A model generated the notes under the pieces. It had not been told where the DNA came from. It worked only from the letters and a program-made list of their open reading frames with translations, and did not search any database. A stretch of DNA of 63,014 nucleotides, filler included, from Asterionella formosa (Eukaryota), in assembly GCA_002256025.1 (NCBI GenBank). It is 13 parts of 13 records of this genome, joined end to end, with 100 filler letters (N's around TTAATTAATTAA, not from the genome) between each part and the next. Parts side by side here need not be neighbours in the genome. Positions count along the whole stretch, not along the records: positions 1 to 23,144 come from NKIB01002527.1; positions 23,245 to 46,371 come from NKIB01002531.1; 11 more parts are not named here. One strand, written 5' to 3'. Numbering within the stretch: position 1 is the stretch's first letter; each line of letters begins with the position of its first letter. Below, in pieces: positions 11,945 to 24,125 of this stretch. The position numbers and the translations under genes are program-made.

Positions 11945-12930
11945 TGTGAGCCGAAAAGTACCCAATTTGGAGGCATTTAGTACCCGATTCGGAATCCGAA
12001 TTGGGATTTCAAGTGTTGAACTTTTTTTCTCCCATGTCCGAAATCCAAATTGGGATTTTTGCCGAATCGGTAATTTGATACCAATTTGGCAAAAAATTCG
12101 TGAGATATGGTTAACCTTAATGTGGATATTTATTTAGCTGAACAGAAACACCAATTTGGATCCAAATTGGTAGCAATTTATTTTTACTACACCTGGTTTA
12201 CTCTGAGTCTGATGTTGCGTAGATTCTACATGTTGTTGGTATGTCAAAACTTCTTCTCGGCTGATCAAATTTAAGTACATAAATAACATGATTATTTCTG
12301 AAATGAATATAATTTATATACTTGAAACCCTTCCAATCAATGATCTGATGGCTGATGATAAGATAGCTTTAAAGTAGATAGCTTTAAAGTATATAAATTA
12401 TGCACATATTATATATGTATACTGTAATATATGTACTTAAATTTGATCAGTCAAGAAGAGGTTGACTTACCAACAATATGTAGAATATACGCAATGTCAG
12501 ACTCAGAGTAAACCAGCTATACCAATTTGGTATTTATTGTTGGCATTTGGGTTGGGGTTGGAAACATTGCTACAAATTTGGATCCACATTGGTATCAACT
12601 TGTTAAACTACCAATCGGGTTTCCAAGTTAGTATCTATTATTAGCATTAGGGTTTGGGTTTGAAGCATTGCTACCAATTTGAATCCAAATGTAGAATTTT
12701 TTACTACCAGCCAATTTGGTTTCCAAATTGTTGCAACTTGGTATCTATTGTTGGCATTAGGGTTAGGGTTGGACACAATTTGGATCCAAATTGGTATCAA
12801 TTTTATTTTTACTACTACTGATAGGGTTTCCAAATTGGTATCTTTTGTTGGCATTAAGGTTAGGGTTTGAAATTTTGCTACCAATTTGGATTCTTGATTT
12901 CCAAATTGGTATCATTGATATAAGTTACAT
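11945..12930. repeat. Degenerate ~100-120-bp tandem array with CCAATTTGGATCCAAATTGG palindromes and TTAGGG-like motifs
   Basis: Recurrent 'accaatttggatccaaattggta' and 'ggcattagggtt(a/t)gggtt' blocks. Confidence 0.75.
12190..12519. mobile_element. MITE (~330 bp, ~90-bp TIRs, TA flanks; Tc1/mariner-type) inserted in the tandem array
   Basis: 12193-12281 (ctggtttactctgagtctga..gatcaaatttaagtacata) is the imperfect reverse complement of 12430-12516. TA lies on both sides. Confidence 0.75.
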
Positions 12931-14999
12931 TAAGATAGGTATATAATCATATAAATGTCATGACATCGAAATCCAAATTGATATCAGTTATACATATTAT
13001 AGACAGTATTATTTTAAATATGTTGAATTTGCAACAAGGTATGTATTTTATAATTCAAGCATATATTTACGACCTGCCTGGCGTTAGCATTTTTAATTAA
13101 ATGTCATTAAAATGGAAGTGTCGACATCAATAAGGTATGTTTGATGATTGGTAGCGATGTCAGCCACGGGGTATGAACAGAAGCTGCTGTAGTTCCCAAG
13201 CCAGGTTGGCTTAGATGTGCATTAGTATCCAAGGAGTTGGGTCAACTGTTGCAGCATCAATGTTGGCCAAGCTGTAGGGTAAGCAGGCGGCAATAGCAGC
13301 ATTGGTCAGGACGTTGGTCAAGGTGTGGGATCAGCTGTGCGTTGGGAACCAAATTGGTTTTGATCTTCGGCCAAGGGTTGGAATTGCTCAGCTGTTGTTT
13401 GCATTCGTGTCAGTTCTAAATTCAGCCAAGGCATGATAGGCTGACCTGTTGGTCTAGACATCAACGCCTGTGGTGTGGGACCAGCCGTTGGCATCAATCA
13501 TGTCGGTCTTGATGTCAGCCATGGAGGAGCTGAACTGATGGTGAGAGATATCGATAGGCAGACGACTTGACTCAGCTGTAGGTATATTTTTTGGCCATGA
13601 TAAATGCGTACTATGAAAGTGAACCGATTAAGCATAATTTTAAAAATCAAAACACCATATAATAATCAAAACATTATCCGTTGATGTACATTCTTTCATC
13701 AACTATATATCCTTACATGATGATAACTCTAATCGAAACAGCTGTCAAAAATAGGTTGAAATGGATTGTTATTTTACTGTTACATCACGAAATGATTTTT
13801 TTGTTTCTACATTTTGTACTGTTAAACAGCTAATGTTCTCCTTTCTATTTTCTCATTGCTCTTGATGCATGCCTCCCGCTTCCCTTCAATGATCTTGAGG
13901 ATGCATGCCTTCCCCCCGCCTCCATTCAATTCTCTTGATGCATACCTCCACTCTGACTCTGAAAATTGTCTGACTAATTACTAAAAATCCCAATTCCTTT
14001 TGATCCGATTCTGAATTCTCATCATGCGCTATTCTGTTCCTGTTTTATCCATTTTGATTTCCTAATCATTCTAACAATGAAAATGAATTATTTGTTAGCC
14101 ATGTTTTGTTTATACCTCAACACTGCAGTCCCATTTTATCATGCTTCGCTTACCAGAAATCGATGAACATTTCGCATAATTCTTTAAAATAATGTGTCAG
14201 TCGAATATCTCATAAGTACGCATCAATAAACCGTTCCACCAACGTCATTTATAACTTACAACAAAACAATTTGATTAAATTTATCGTTAAAGATTAAAAA
14301 ACACGCATGTGTCAGTGATGTTCTAACTGTTGTTCATTGATCCAACAAGAGCATTTACCAATTTTTTGTCGACATTGGTGGTGTCCCACTGCAAAATGTG
14401 CTGTTGAATTGCTAGGGAAGGAAGAAATCATTTAATTTTTGTGGACCCAAGAATCGATCGCCTTGGCATGTGCTCTTGACATACCATAGCTACTAGATTC
14501 AGTTCACTTTTCGATTTCCAATTTTTCTAAGCCACAAAGTTTATCATCATTGTGTGAGCATCGTTCGTTCAGTTTTCCTTGTCACATGGCTGGCAGAGAT
14601 GATCTTTCATTTCAGGATCATGTGTTACCGGTATGCATAACAAGGTGCCTCAAAAAATGTTTTCCAATGTATAGGCTATATATAGATTTATAAAAATTTG
14701 TAAACGTATAAATATATACACATAATGTGTATACTATCATCAGTGAAGCTTTTACATCACTCAAATGTATTTAATGCATGACGATATCATTGTTTTCTAC
14801 GACCTAATGTAATTTTTTGAAATTTTACCGTATCAATTCTTGTACCTACAAGTAGGTAAGTAATTTGATTAAGGCCCTCAATTAGCAGGAGTCATACGAC
14901 ATTTTTCACATGGTACAAATCATACAATAATTTGATGATTCATTTTCTCATCATTGACATCGTTTATAATATGATAAATACGCTTTGATCAAACGTGTA

Positions 15000-15330
15000 G
15001 GATAGTAGACGAATAAAACTTTATGAATTATAGATCATACTTTCCGGTTAGAAATTATTGTCAATAAAATAAGATCACAGATGACATTTTTTAGCCTTTT
15101 GATCTTACTTTTAACATGAATATATCCTACTACTTAAAATTACAGATCATATTTTCTGGATAGATATGCATGATTGCCAATAAATAAGGTCACAGATAAC
15201 AATATTTAGCCTTTTTGATCTTACTTTTAACATGAATATATCCTACTACCTAAAAATTACAGATCATACTTTCTGGTTTGATATGGTTGCCAATAAATAA
15301 GATCACAGATAACAGTTCTTACTTTTAACC
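15000..15330 (+). repeat. Tandem repeat, ~110-120-bp unit, ~3 copies
   Basis: agatcata(c/t)ttt..caataaataagatcacagat..cttacttttaac recurs at ~15031, 15142 and 15260. Confidence 0.8.
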
Positions 15331-15349
15331 TAAGTTAGAGGTGACAAGA

Positions 15350-15630
15350 ATAGATACCAATGTCACCTTGTTCGTACAAGAACGTGTTCTTGCCTAAGTA
15401 TCAGGTAACAATAGATAGCAATGTCACCTTGTTTGTACAAGAACATGTTATTGCGTCCCCTCCATCACCAATAGATAGTTATGTCACCGTGTTTGTACCA
15501 GAACGTGTTATTGCGTCACCTCCTTCACCAATAGATAGCTACTATGTCACCTCGTTTGTACGAGAACGTGTTATTGCGTACCCTCCATAACCTTTAGATA
15601 TACCAATGTCACTCCCTAACCCTAACCCTA
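15350..15630 (+). repeat. Tandem repeat, ~60-bp unit (~4.3 copies), ending in (CCCTAA)~3
   Basis: atagata..atgtcacc..ttgtac.agaacgtgtt occurs at 15350, 15411, 15471 and 15531. ccctaaccctaacccta lies at 15614-15630. Confidence 0.85.
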
Positions 15631-15959
15631 TGATGGACATGATTTAAATTCAAATCAATCGTATATGTAGTACTACGTTGACATACAAAAATATCTGTTC
15701 AACATACATAGTCTAGTAGGTATCGCTATTGTGGACATGATTTAAATTCAAATCAATCAGATACATACATTTACATAGTACAAAAATATCTGTGCAACAT
15801 ATCGGTACCGGTACCAGTAGTACAATGATAGATGATACAAATACATAGGGGAACGGCTTAGTGGTCAGCACACCCTTCTGCGGTGCCGGATGTGTGAGAT
15901 ACCGAAATTGAGCTGAGCAACATTTTTAAAATTTTTGCATTGTCAATACTCAATATGCT

Positions 15960-17175
15960 GCGACTCACCATTAGTTACGATGTGATCTGGCAGCAGTGAT
16001 CCAGTGGGAATAAGTGCAACTCCGTAGGTGGACATGCATTCTGTATTGGTGGCTACATGAGAAGGATATGAGACTATCGAGTAAAATCAAAGGTCTGTAA
16101 TGTGTGCGACAGGGCTATACGGTACAAGAAATCTATCAAGTCGCATCATGTTTGCTCCAAGAATTACATAACTGGAAGTTCGAAGGCAATGGAACCAGAT
16201 GTCGGTGTGGAAATGATGGTTGATGCCATTACAAAATAATATGTTATCTAATCTACAATCATCTGTGATGGTGATTCTACGATTCAAGCTGTCTCCAATA
16301 GGTCCTATGAGGAAGCAATCATTATCTCTGCAACCTGCATTTGAATGGCCAAGATCACTAAAATGAAAAAAAACGACAAAAGATGCCTTCCACTAAATGT
16401 TCCAGAACCGCAGTTTCTTTCCAATCCATCGCACCGGAACCGCATACTCCTCCGCCCTGCATTCCTTAGATCCAATAGCCCAGTCTCTTTAGAGCGACCT
16501 TAAAAATCAGATTGTCTCAGACTCAAGATTTATTATCTAGCCTGGATAAAAAAAGTCGTAACCTCGCTCTCAGCGAATTCACCGAATCCTTGAAGGAAGG
16601 CACCAAAAACAACTTGTTTGGCTGCCATGACTATTGTTCTGAGACATGGTGTCCTGTAAAAGCAAGGAAAAATGTTGAGAATTGGAAAGTATAACGACAT
16701 GAAAAAAGAAAGGGCATTGTATAATTGGTTAATGTTAAATGACGCAACAAAAGTCGAAGGCGAAACGCTTCAATCATTGTATCATCCTTTCGATACACAG
16801 ATAAACGAAGCTATGAATAATTCAGTTTCAAGACAATGTCAAAAAACAAAGCATTTGCAGGATCTGGTGGCCTACAATATAGAGTGGCTTCGGTTGCTGG
16901 ACAACAAACACAAGGAGTACCAATGTGCATGAACGATGTCTATAAATGATGCGGAATGGAAATGTCACAACTGCAAGAATCCTTCTGGAGACAAAAGGCA
17001 AAGCGACAGAACAATGATGCAGTCTACAAAGCGCAATTCCAACAGAAAATATGATGAAGCGAAAGCATACATGCAGAACGATTTGAAACTGTGTGGCAAG
17101 AAAGGTAAGACAACAAATCAGGTAAGACTTACGGAGCTGGTGTGGCCCACAAGAAGTTCCGTACTAGGTAGCTAG
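15960..17175 (+). pseudogene. Degenerate Mutator-like (Phantom-type) DDE transposase
   Basis: Manual translation gives TISYDVIWQQ*SSGNKCNSVGGHAF..KSKVCNVC..HVCSKNYITGSSKAMEPD..IICDGDST..FLSNPSHR..FGCHDYCSETWC..DTQINEAMNNSV. Multiple stops and frameshifts. Confidence 0.85.
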
Positions 17176-17510
17176 GCCACAACTACAATCCTGAACGCAA
17201 ATGCGCAATGCAAACATTGCGTTTGGAAGGATCATCATCTAAAAAGCAATGAACTCCTCTGTCCATCCTTTTAAGGCAAGTTGCATTATAGTAATACTGG
17301 TACACATTTAGTAGCAGATACAGTAATGCAAAAAGATACACGTGCATTAAGCGTGGCAGGCATAGGTGTGCAATGCAATGAAAATCAGGACAATCAAATG
17401 GAGGTAAGTAACTCATGATGACCAGCCACATTATCTATCTGGAAACAGGCACTTACAATTGAATTTGTTGGACAGGAGATTTTAGGACTAAAAATTCCGG
17501 CACACAACTA

Positions 17511-17846
17511 CCATATAATTCATTTTTCTGGACCCCCCTGTACCTTTTTCTCGAGGTGGAACCAAACACCCAATAATTATCTTGTCATAGACAATGTAAC
17601 ATGCTATAATTCATTTGGTCCTCGTAGGCACTAGTAAATAATTGTTTAGCTATGATGTTGCGATTCTTTTGTACACACAAAACACAAGAGAAGACAGGTA
17701 GTGGCTGTGAGCAGCTGGAGAATCCTTCATCATGTTGTCGCAACCTTGACCATGACGAAAATACGAATTATCGCCACAAAAACAGAGAACGACGCTTTGC
17801 TACTTGCTGCCTGTGTTAAGAACGACATGGAAAATACGATTGTAAT
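17511..17846 (-). mobile_element. Partial copy of the pogo/Tc2-like MITE family (see 59012-59638)
   Basis: Starts TA|CCATATAATTCATTTTTCTGGACCCCCC and is the reverse complement of ~59305-59638. Confidence 0.85.
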
Positions 17847-18470
17847 AACACTAGAAAAGGCTGATTTTGTCGAATTTTCGGACAGCAATGGCTCAACGTT
17901 GGCTGGGTCTGAAGGAAATTTCAATACATAGGTAGCCCTCAAATAGCATAAGTATGTATCTTCCGGCAATAAACGGCAGAAAGGAACTCCGGTTTCTACT
18001 ATACCAAATAAACTGATTTCCCCGTAATTTTCTAGTCTTTTTAGCATAGAAAAAGAACCAAAGTTCCTTTCTGCACTTTTCTCGCCAGATCCTATATCTT
18101 GACAATATATGGAGTGGACCTAAACACCCCTACTTTGTCCGAAGACTGTATGTAAGCATATGGAAACGGTGTCTAACGGTGAAAGCTCTGTTGAGCAATG
18201 CACATGGATGTTTTATTTTAGGCGTGAAAAGTATGAGTTTGACTAGTCTGACTCAAAATTGTTGTTTCAACCCTTTGTACCTCGAGCTGGTTCAAAAGCA
18301 GTAGGTAACCTAATAGATCGCTCATTTCGACCTTATTATGATCGACAAATATCGCGGTTGTATAACTACCGGTATACTGGTATGTTTCCAATTCACTGTT
18401 AGCAAACGTGTTGAAACAAAAGCAATGCATAGCTTGGCTCCCACAATTCTTCTCGTACTGTACTACCCAA

Positions 18471-19784
18471 ATGGCATCCATCAAGTCATATGCAGTCCTC
18501 ACTTTCCTACTCCTTCTGGCCCAAGGAATCTTTTTCTCCAATTTAATATTTTTTTTCGACTTTGCTGCTCAGTTGTGTAATAGTGCCGACAGCGCGGCCG
18601 CTGCATTTCAAGGCCTCGAACCGCCGCTACATGCAACACGCACAGCAACACCATTAAAATCAAGAGCTGGAGTCAATTCATTGAACATGACTCTACTAGA
18701 TTCTTCCTTGCAAGGCGATGGTAGGCTCACGGGTGTTCGACCTCGCATATGGACGCCTTGGCCAGTCGATCTCAAACTTCCTTGCCTTCCCGTCGAAAAT
18801 AAATGGTGGGATACTACAGTACAAAGAACATCCACCAGAAAAGGACTATTTTTCGTCAAGGAAATGAAGACGGGGAGCAGTACCATTGGTGGCATCGTCC
18901 TCAGGTTAGCACGCAAATTACCCAAACAATACGGCTACGATTTCAAGCAGTGTTCGGCACGTCTGGATCATTGTCCCGCAGGTCCTCGATGCATGAAATA
19001 TGGGAAGCGCATTCGTGATGAAAGTTATCTTTTTACCTTTCTACGGGAACCATCAGCTCGGCTGATCTCCCAGTTCTTTCATTTCAAAGTATCTCGAGAC
19101 AAAATGGAACCTAGCGACAGCAACATCAAGAACTATTATGTGAAGTCTCTATACGCTCACGATTACTATCTGCAAGATCTTTCTTTGGAACTGTATCCAC
19201 CCAAGTTACTTTCCCTTGTAGAATTACCCAAGTATCAACAGGCATTCGCTGAAGCCATTATCCGAGACTATGACTTTATTGGTATCACAGAACGCATGGA
19301 CGAATCATTAGTCGTGTTGCAACTTCTCCTTCACTTGAATACCTCAGATATTTTGTATGTCAGCGCCAAATCTAAGGGATCCTTTGACGATGGTGCTTAC
19401 CACAGCATATGCACCTACATTGTCCCATCCTACACCTCTCCAGGTATGAAACAATGGTTTAATTCATCCCAGCCATGGAACCGCCGCAGCTATGGAGACC
19501 AGTTGCTGTACCATGCTGCCAATCGATCACTGGATCTTACCATTGATTCTCTGGGAAGAGATTTGGTCCAAGAGAAAGTGAAAAAATTCAAGCAAGCCCT
19601 AGCTCTGGCCCAAGAAAAATGCTCCTCCAATTTGAAACTTCCATGTTCTCCAGATGGAGTCCGTGCCAAATTATTGGCTGTTAACTTGTTCGAATCTGAC
19701 TGCCTTTGGTTGGACAGTGGGTGTGGGTACAAGTGTTTGGATGAGATCAGTGAAGAAATAGACAACATGTTTCCTTTCTTGTAA
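18471..19784 (+). CDS. Type II membrane sulfotransferase (galactose-3-O-sulfotransferase-like / Sulfotransfer_2 type)
   Basis: N-terminal TM anchor, 5'-PSB motif 'FFVKEMKTGSST', 3'-PB motif 'FTFLREPSARLISQFFH', and 'YDFIGITERMDESLVVL'. Confidence 0.85.
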   Translation: MASIKSYAVLTFLLLLAQGIFFSNLIFFFDFAAQLCNSADSAAAAFQGLEPPLHATRTATPLKSRAGVNSLNMTLLDSSLQGDGRLTGVRPRIWTPWPVDLKLPCLPVENKWWDTTVQRTSTRKGLFFVKEMKTGSSTIGGIVLRLARKLPKQYGYDFKQCSARLDHCPAGPRCMKYGKRIRDESYLFTFLREPSARLISQFFHFKVSRDKMEPSDSNIKNYYVKSLYAHDYYLQDLSLELYPPKLLSLVELPKYQQAFAEAIIRDYDFIGITERMDESLVVLQLLLHLNTSDILYVSAKSKGSFDDGAYHSICTYIVPSYTSPGMKQWFNSSQPWNRRSYGDQLLYHAANRSLDLTIDSLGRDLVQEKVKKFKQALALAQEKCSSNLKLPCSPDGVRAKLLAVNLFESDCLWLDSGCGYKCLDEISEEIDNMFPFL

Positions 19785-20228
19785 ATTATGATAGTAACTA
19801 TAATTTTACATTATTATCATAGACCGGACCGAAAAATACCAATAAATACTAATACAGCATTTTTGGTGGATTTTGGTATTTGTCCATACTCGAGTGGACA
19901 AGTGAAGCTCTTGTCTTCGCTCTCATATCAAATATTGGTCCATTTCGCTCCCATATATTACCAATTTGCTTGTAAAAATTAGCGTGAACATCTAAGTTTA
20001 GATACAAAATATCACAAGTTCGGTACCTGGTAGTGTGGACTGGAAAAACGCTAACTTTCGTTCACAGCGGGACAAATGTCACGGTAAGTAAAATCCTGTA
20101 GATCACCTAAACAACCTTCAACATTACTTTTGAGTTTTTAATGATTAATACTCTTTCATTGCTCACTTCGGCCCCTCCATTGTCTCCGTCTTGGATATCA
20201 TACCAGGTCAGTCGGTTGTAAAGACAAT

Positions 20229-21812
20229 ATGGGAGACTGCCGAATACGATTCCGAGTATCCAAGGAGGTATATGCGGATGCGTCAGTATCAGATGCGGAT
20301 TTTCATATTGTGACTCAAATCTTTTCGGCCGACACAACGATTCGGGAAGTCTTTGAAGTGTTACTACTGCCACTCTTGGAAGAGACAGAATTACCCGAGG
20401 CAATATCGATATGGGATTGCACGATACATCCACCGAGAGACATCACCGCTTGGCCCACGACAAAGTATTCTGCAAAGGGGGGTCCAAAGTCCAGAACCCT
20501 GTATGATGCTGGTTGGTTCCCGTCAGGAGTTTGTCAGATCCTACCCAGAGGCACTGTACCGAAGATCTCGTCGATTGCAGAAGACAGTCAGTATAATTCT
20601 CAGGCACCATTAATATCGTTTATCCCAGGCTCAGAGGTTGCCTTTGTCAGTTCCACTCATCAAGATATGACACCATCCCAAATACTTCGCTCTGTCGAAT
20701 CTCGTTTTGACTTTGATGAGCCACCCGTCGATGAATCGACCGCCCAACAGACTACAAGACAATGGAGAATGCAACAAGCAAAACGACAATACGATAGACA
20801 TGCCAAACTCGAAGCACAAATTTCCAAACTTAACAGCAACACGAAACCCTCAAAAGTATCCCTGCAAGTTCGAAACATGTTGATCAAGAGTCGCTGCACT
20901 GGTCTGGGGACTCTCAAAATACAAGATCGGGTATACTTACATGCTGTTATTATTCATGACGAATCCACATCAGAAGACTATCGATACTTTTCTATTCAAG
21001 ACACGGTTGCAAGGATAGTGTCAACCCTTGTGAGGGCTCCATCATCATCAACAACAAGCCTCGAATCTGAATTCTTGATCAAGTTGGACGACAGATATCA
21101 ACGACTTCCAATGTCTATGCGACTTTACGAAGCAATCAATAATTCGCTTTTACAAAATGTAGACTCGATTGTGATTCGTGTTTACAATCCCACCAATGAG
21201 GAAGCAACAACAAGCATGTCATTGAAGCAAATACAAACTAATACTGTCGCCGCAAAAAAGAAAGTGGTAGGAGTAGCAGGGAATGATGACGCTTCGGGTG
21301 ATATTCCAAATGTGGCAGTCCCACAGCCAACGAATAATACTGTGAGTATTATTAATGCTCCTTCTAATGTGTCAATGGCCATTTCCCCACTTGATGTCGC
21401 ACTTCTCCAACATACTGTGGCAAAGTGGCAGGATGATACAACCAATAAAAAGAAATCTGCATCTACTACATCAATTAAGGTCCAGCAAATGCTGATGAAA
21501 TCCAAAGCCAAGGGCGATAAGAAGCGTACCCCCAAAGTGGAAGATAGATTTTTTGTACAGGTTATGACTACATCTACGAGTGAGGCTGGCCCATTCTTCA
21601 TGAATAGAAAGGATACGGTGGGTCGGTTGCTACAAGAAATGAGCTTGCCAAATAGTGGTAGAGTCTTTTGTTCGAATGGCAAGACAGAATCAGAATTTTC
21701 CTCGTTACCGTTGGATGTCACGTTGGAACAAGCGGAACAGCAGGGAGTACTGACCAACTTTGGTCGTTTAATAGTACTGCTCAACCCTCCCAACGAGAAA
21801 ACGAAGTTATGA
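20229..21812 (+). CDS. Ubiquitin-like domain protein: N-terminal UBX-like domain plus two ZFAND1/Cuz1-type C-terminal UBL repeats
   Basis: 'IFSADTTIREVF..RTLYDAGWFPSG' is UBX-like. Internal repeats QVRNMLIKSRCTG..QDRVYL..FSIQDTVARIV and KVQQMLMKSKAKG..EDRFFV..FMNRKDTVGRLL. Confidence 0.65.
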   Translation: MGDCRIRFRVSKEVYADASVSDADFHIVTQIFSADTTIREVFEVLLLPLLEETELPEAISIWDCTIHPPRDITAWPTTKYSAKGGPKSRTLYDAGWFPSGVCQILPRGTVPKISSIAEDSQYNSQAPLISFIPGSEVAFVSSTHQDMTPSQILRSVESRFDFDEPPVDESTAQQTTRQWRMQQAKRQYDRHAKLEAQISKLNSNTKPSKVSLQVRNMLIKSRCTGLGTLKIQDRVYLHAVIIHDESTSEDYRYFSIQDTVARIVSTLVRAPSSSTTSLESEFLIKLDDRYQRLPMSMRLYEAINNSLLQNVDSIVIRVYNPTNEEATTSMSLKQIQTNTVAAKKKVVGVAGNDDASGDIPNVAVPQPTNNTVSIINAPSNVSMAISPLDVALLQHTVAKWQDDTTNKKKSASTTSIKVQQMLMKSKAKGDKKRTPKVEDRFFVQVMTTSTSEAGPFFMNRKDTVGRLLQEMSLPNSGRVFCSNGKTESEFSSLPLDVTLEQAEQQGVLTNFGRLIVLLNPPNEKTKL

Positions 21813-21895
21813 TACTGGCTAGTACAAGTCCATGTATAGTACTAGAAGAACCATGGGATATAAAATGTTACCATGAAAATGTTAGTGCGATTTTT

Positions 21896-22339
21896 CTAAT
21901 CTACAATCAACTCATCCATGCTCCAATCTTCATGAGAACCATCAGGAAGGTACCGTCGGATGATAATAGGGATCTTTCGTTCTCTCAACTCCTTTTCTGC
22001 AATTCTCAATGGATCTGTTTCTCCATCCAAATCCACCATGACAGGCGCGTTCATACTGATTTGCAATGCTCGAGTGCCCAGCACACGAGCTCGTTCATAT
22101 TTGGTCAAGTACTTTGTTGTGATACGCTCACTGGCTGCCACACCACTGTTGGGGAAATTTTGGTCGTTCGAGATGACTCGCTCATCCTCCAGTTCTCCTG
22201 TAACATCAAGTTCGTCATCGGGCTGTTGGTCGTTGTTATAGTTGTTGTCCATGTCCATGTACGGATCGTCCTCGTCAAAGACACCGCCGGCATTGTCAAA
22301 GCCTCCAGCAGAGCCAATTGGATCTTCGTTGTCTGACAT
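21896..22339 (-). CDS. RPB6: DNA-directed RNA polymerases I/II/III subunit RPABC2 (RPB6)
   Basis: [58 protein letters not shown]. Confidence 0.98.
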   Translation of the reverse strand: MSDNEDPIGSAGGFDNAGGVFDEDDPYMDMDNNYNNDQQPDDELDVTGELEDERVISNDQNFPNSGVAASERITTKYLTKYERARVLGTRALQISMNAPVMVDLDGETDPLRIAEKELRERKIPIIIRRYLPDGSHEDWSMDELIVD

Positions 22340-23144
22340 TGTGTCTTACTATCTATCACGACTTGATGAGAGACTGATAGGGCCGTCTTTTGCTTGGGAA
22401 GCTCTTATTATTATTTATCAGATTGCAGCAGTTAAAATACAATAGAATCGGGCGGAGTTTTGTTTTCTACCGGTAACTGGTACTTCGGTAATCGATTACA
22501 ATATGAAGTCGTACGGCACTACCATATACCGGGAACGTAGTCGTAAAAAATTAAACTCCCAGTTAAACCCGTAGTGGAAGCTAGCACTAGTAGTTTACTA
22601 CTACTCCAGGACAGTGCACAAAGCTATTCTTGGCGACAATATCGGTTGTGGTACCAGGTACCAGTACCTAGTACTGGTACCGGCGCCCATTTGCTCGTAT
22701 CGACTGGTTACCAGGGTACCGGTACCAGGTACCGTACCAGGGTACGTGTATGCGGGAATAGACCATTTTATGTATTTAGAGTACCTAGTACTTAATATGG
22801 AGTCACCACGAGTACATATACTATAGCACTATGTTACAGTAAATAGAGGACCAAGTCTTTTATTGTAGGGTTGTGTGTATATGTCTAATATACATATACC
22901 CGAAATGAAGTGAAAACAATCATTATATAGCTAATGAAAAATAGTGAAAAAATAATGTAGCTACAGTTGTATGAAATCATGCATCTGTGTAATAATAACC
23001 TAAACACATACTAGCTGTGTATGACCACCAGTGTGATGATCAGCAGATATCCTCAATTGATTGGCAATCTAATCTGTGGCACTGTTCTATCTGGAATATA
23101 TACCTCATACATTTTGTCAATTTGCAATGTGGCAGTGAAAAAAA

Positions 23145-23244
23145 NNNNNNNNNNNNNNNNNNNNNNNNNNNNNNNNNNNNNNNNNNNNTTAATTAATTAA
23201 NNNNNNNNNNNNNNNNNNNNNNNNNNNNNNNNNNNNNNNNNNNN
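23145..23244. other. Artificial contig linker N44-TTAATTAATTAA-N44 (also at 46372, 47887, 49402, 50917, 52430, 53943, 55456, 56969, 58482, 59994, 61506)
   Basis: Identical 100-bp spacer with stop codons in all six frames. The small contigs in between are 1415, 1413 and 1412 bp, in decreasing size. Confidence 0.98.
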
Positions 23245-24125
23245 GATTCAAATATTTCAAATGGAATCACGTCATTCAAAAATAGCTAATTAAATTCTTA
23301 ATTCCAGGGAATTTTCGCAACCCTAAGCAATATTTTAATTTTTGCCTAGGGGTTCAAATGCAGCAACCTTAAATACATTAATCCAAACCAATTTAACATG
23401 CGCATATTCATTGCATGCATGTACATATCGTCAACTGCTGTACACTTCAGATCGGCCGGCCAGTCAAATATTTGCGGGAAAACAAATACAACAAGCCACT
23501 ATCATAATTATGACATGAATAGAATAATTGTCTTTCGGTATACTTTCTACTGTTGTTGCACCTACATTGACCATGCCACCGGATGTTTAATGGTTACAAT
23601 CCTCAAAACGAGCATACCGTCGCTTTCTTACTTCCTATCATCACCACTTTGGGGTTGCACATTCCATAATTGAACGCAAGTTGCCGTTGTTCTACTGTTA
23701 TATCGTACTTTGTACGTATGTTGAGAATAGATGGATAGAGAGAAATGTGGGTCCTTATGCATCTGCATTTTGCTCGAGATGAGCAAAAGTGGAAGTCGAA
23801 AAAGCCGAAAAACGTTTTTTTGAAACGTAGTTGCCAATTTTAATCTTTCTATGTATGAAATATACATGATTCTGTATCTTAGAGCTAGCCGCACAATAGG
23901 GCAATTGAGCCGGAGAAAATCGTAGAAGTCAAAATGGCCACGAATAAATTTGAATTATCGATGCAACTGTAACTAGACAGAGGGAGTACCTGGTAGCGCA
24001 CTCGAAATCCGCCCCGGAGACCACCAATGGTACATATAGTTATGCATGATGAATATGAAGTACAAGCCGTATCGGTACGTGATGAGAAAGACAATTATGA
24101 ACCTGGTAGTCTAGCTGGTACAAGG

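Noticed and set aside
21182..22336. 203-aa and 222-aa antisense ORFs
   Set aside because: They are shadows of the UBL-protein and RPB6 genes on the opposite strands.
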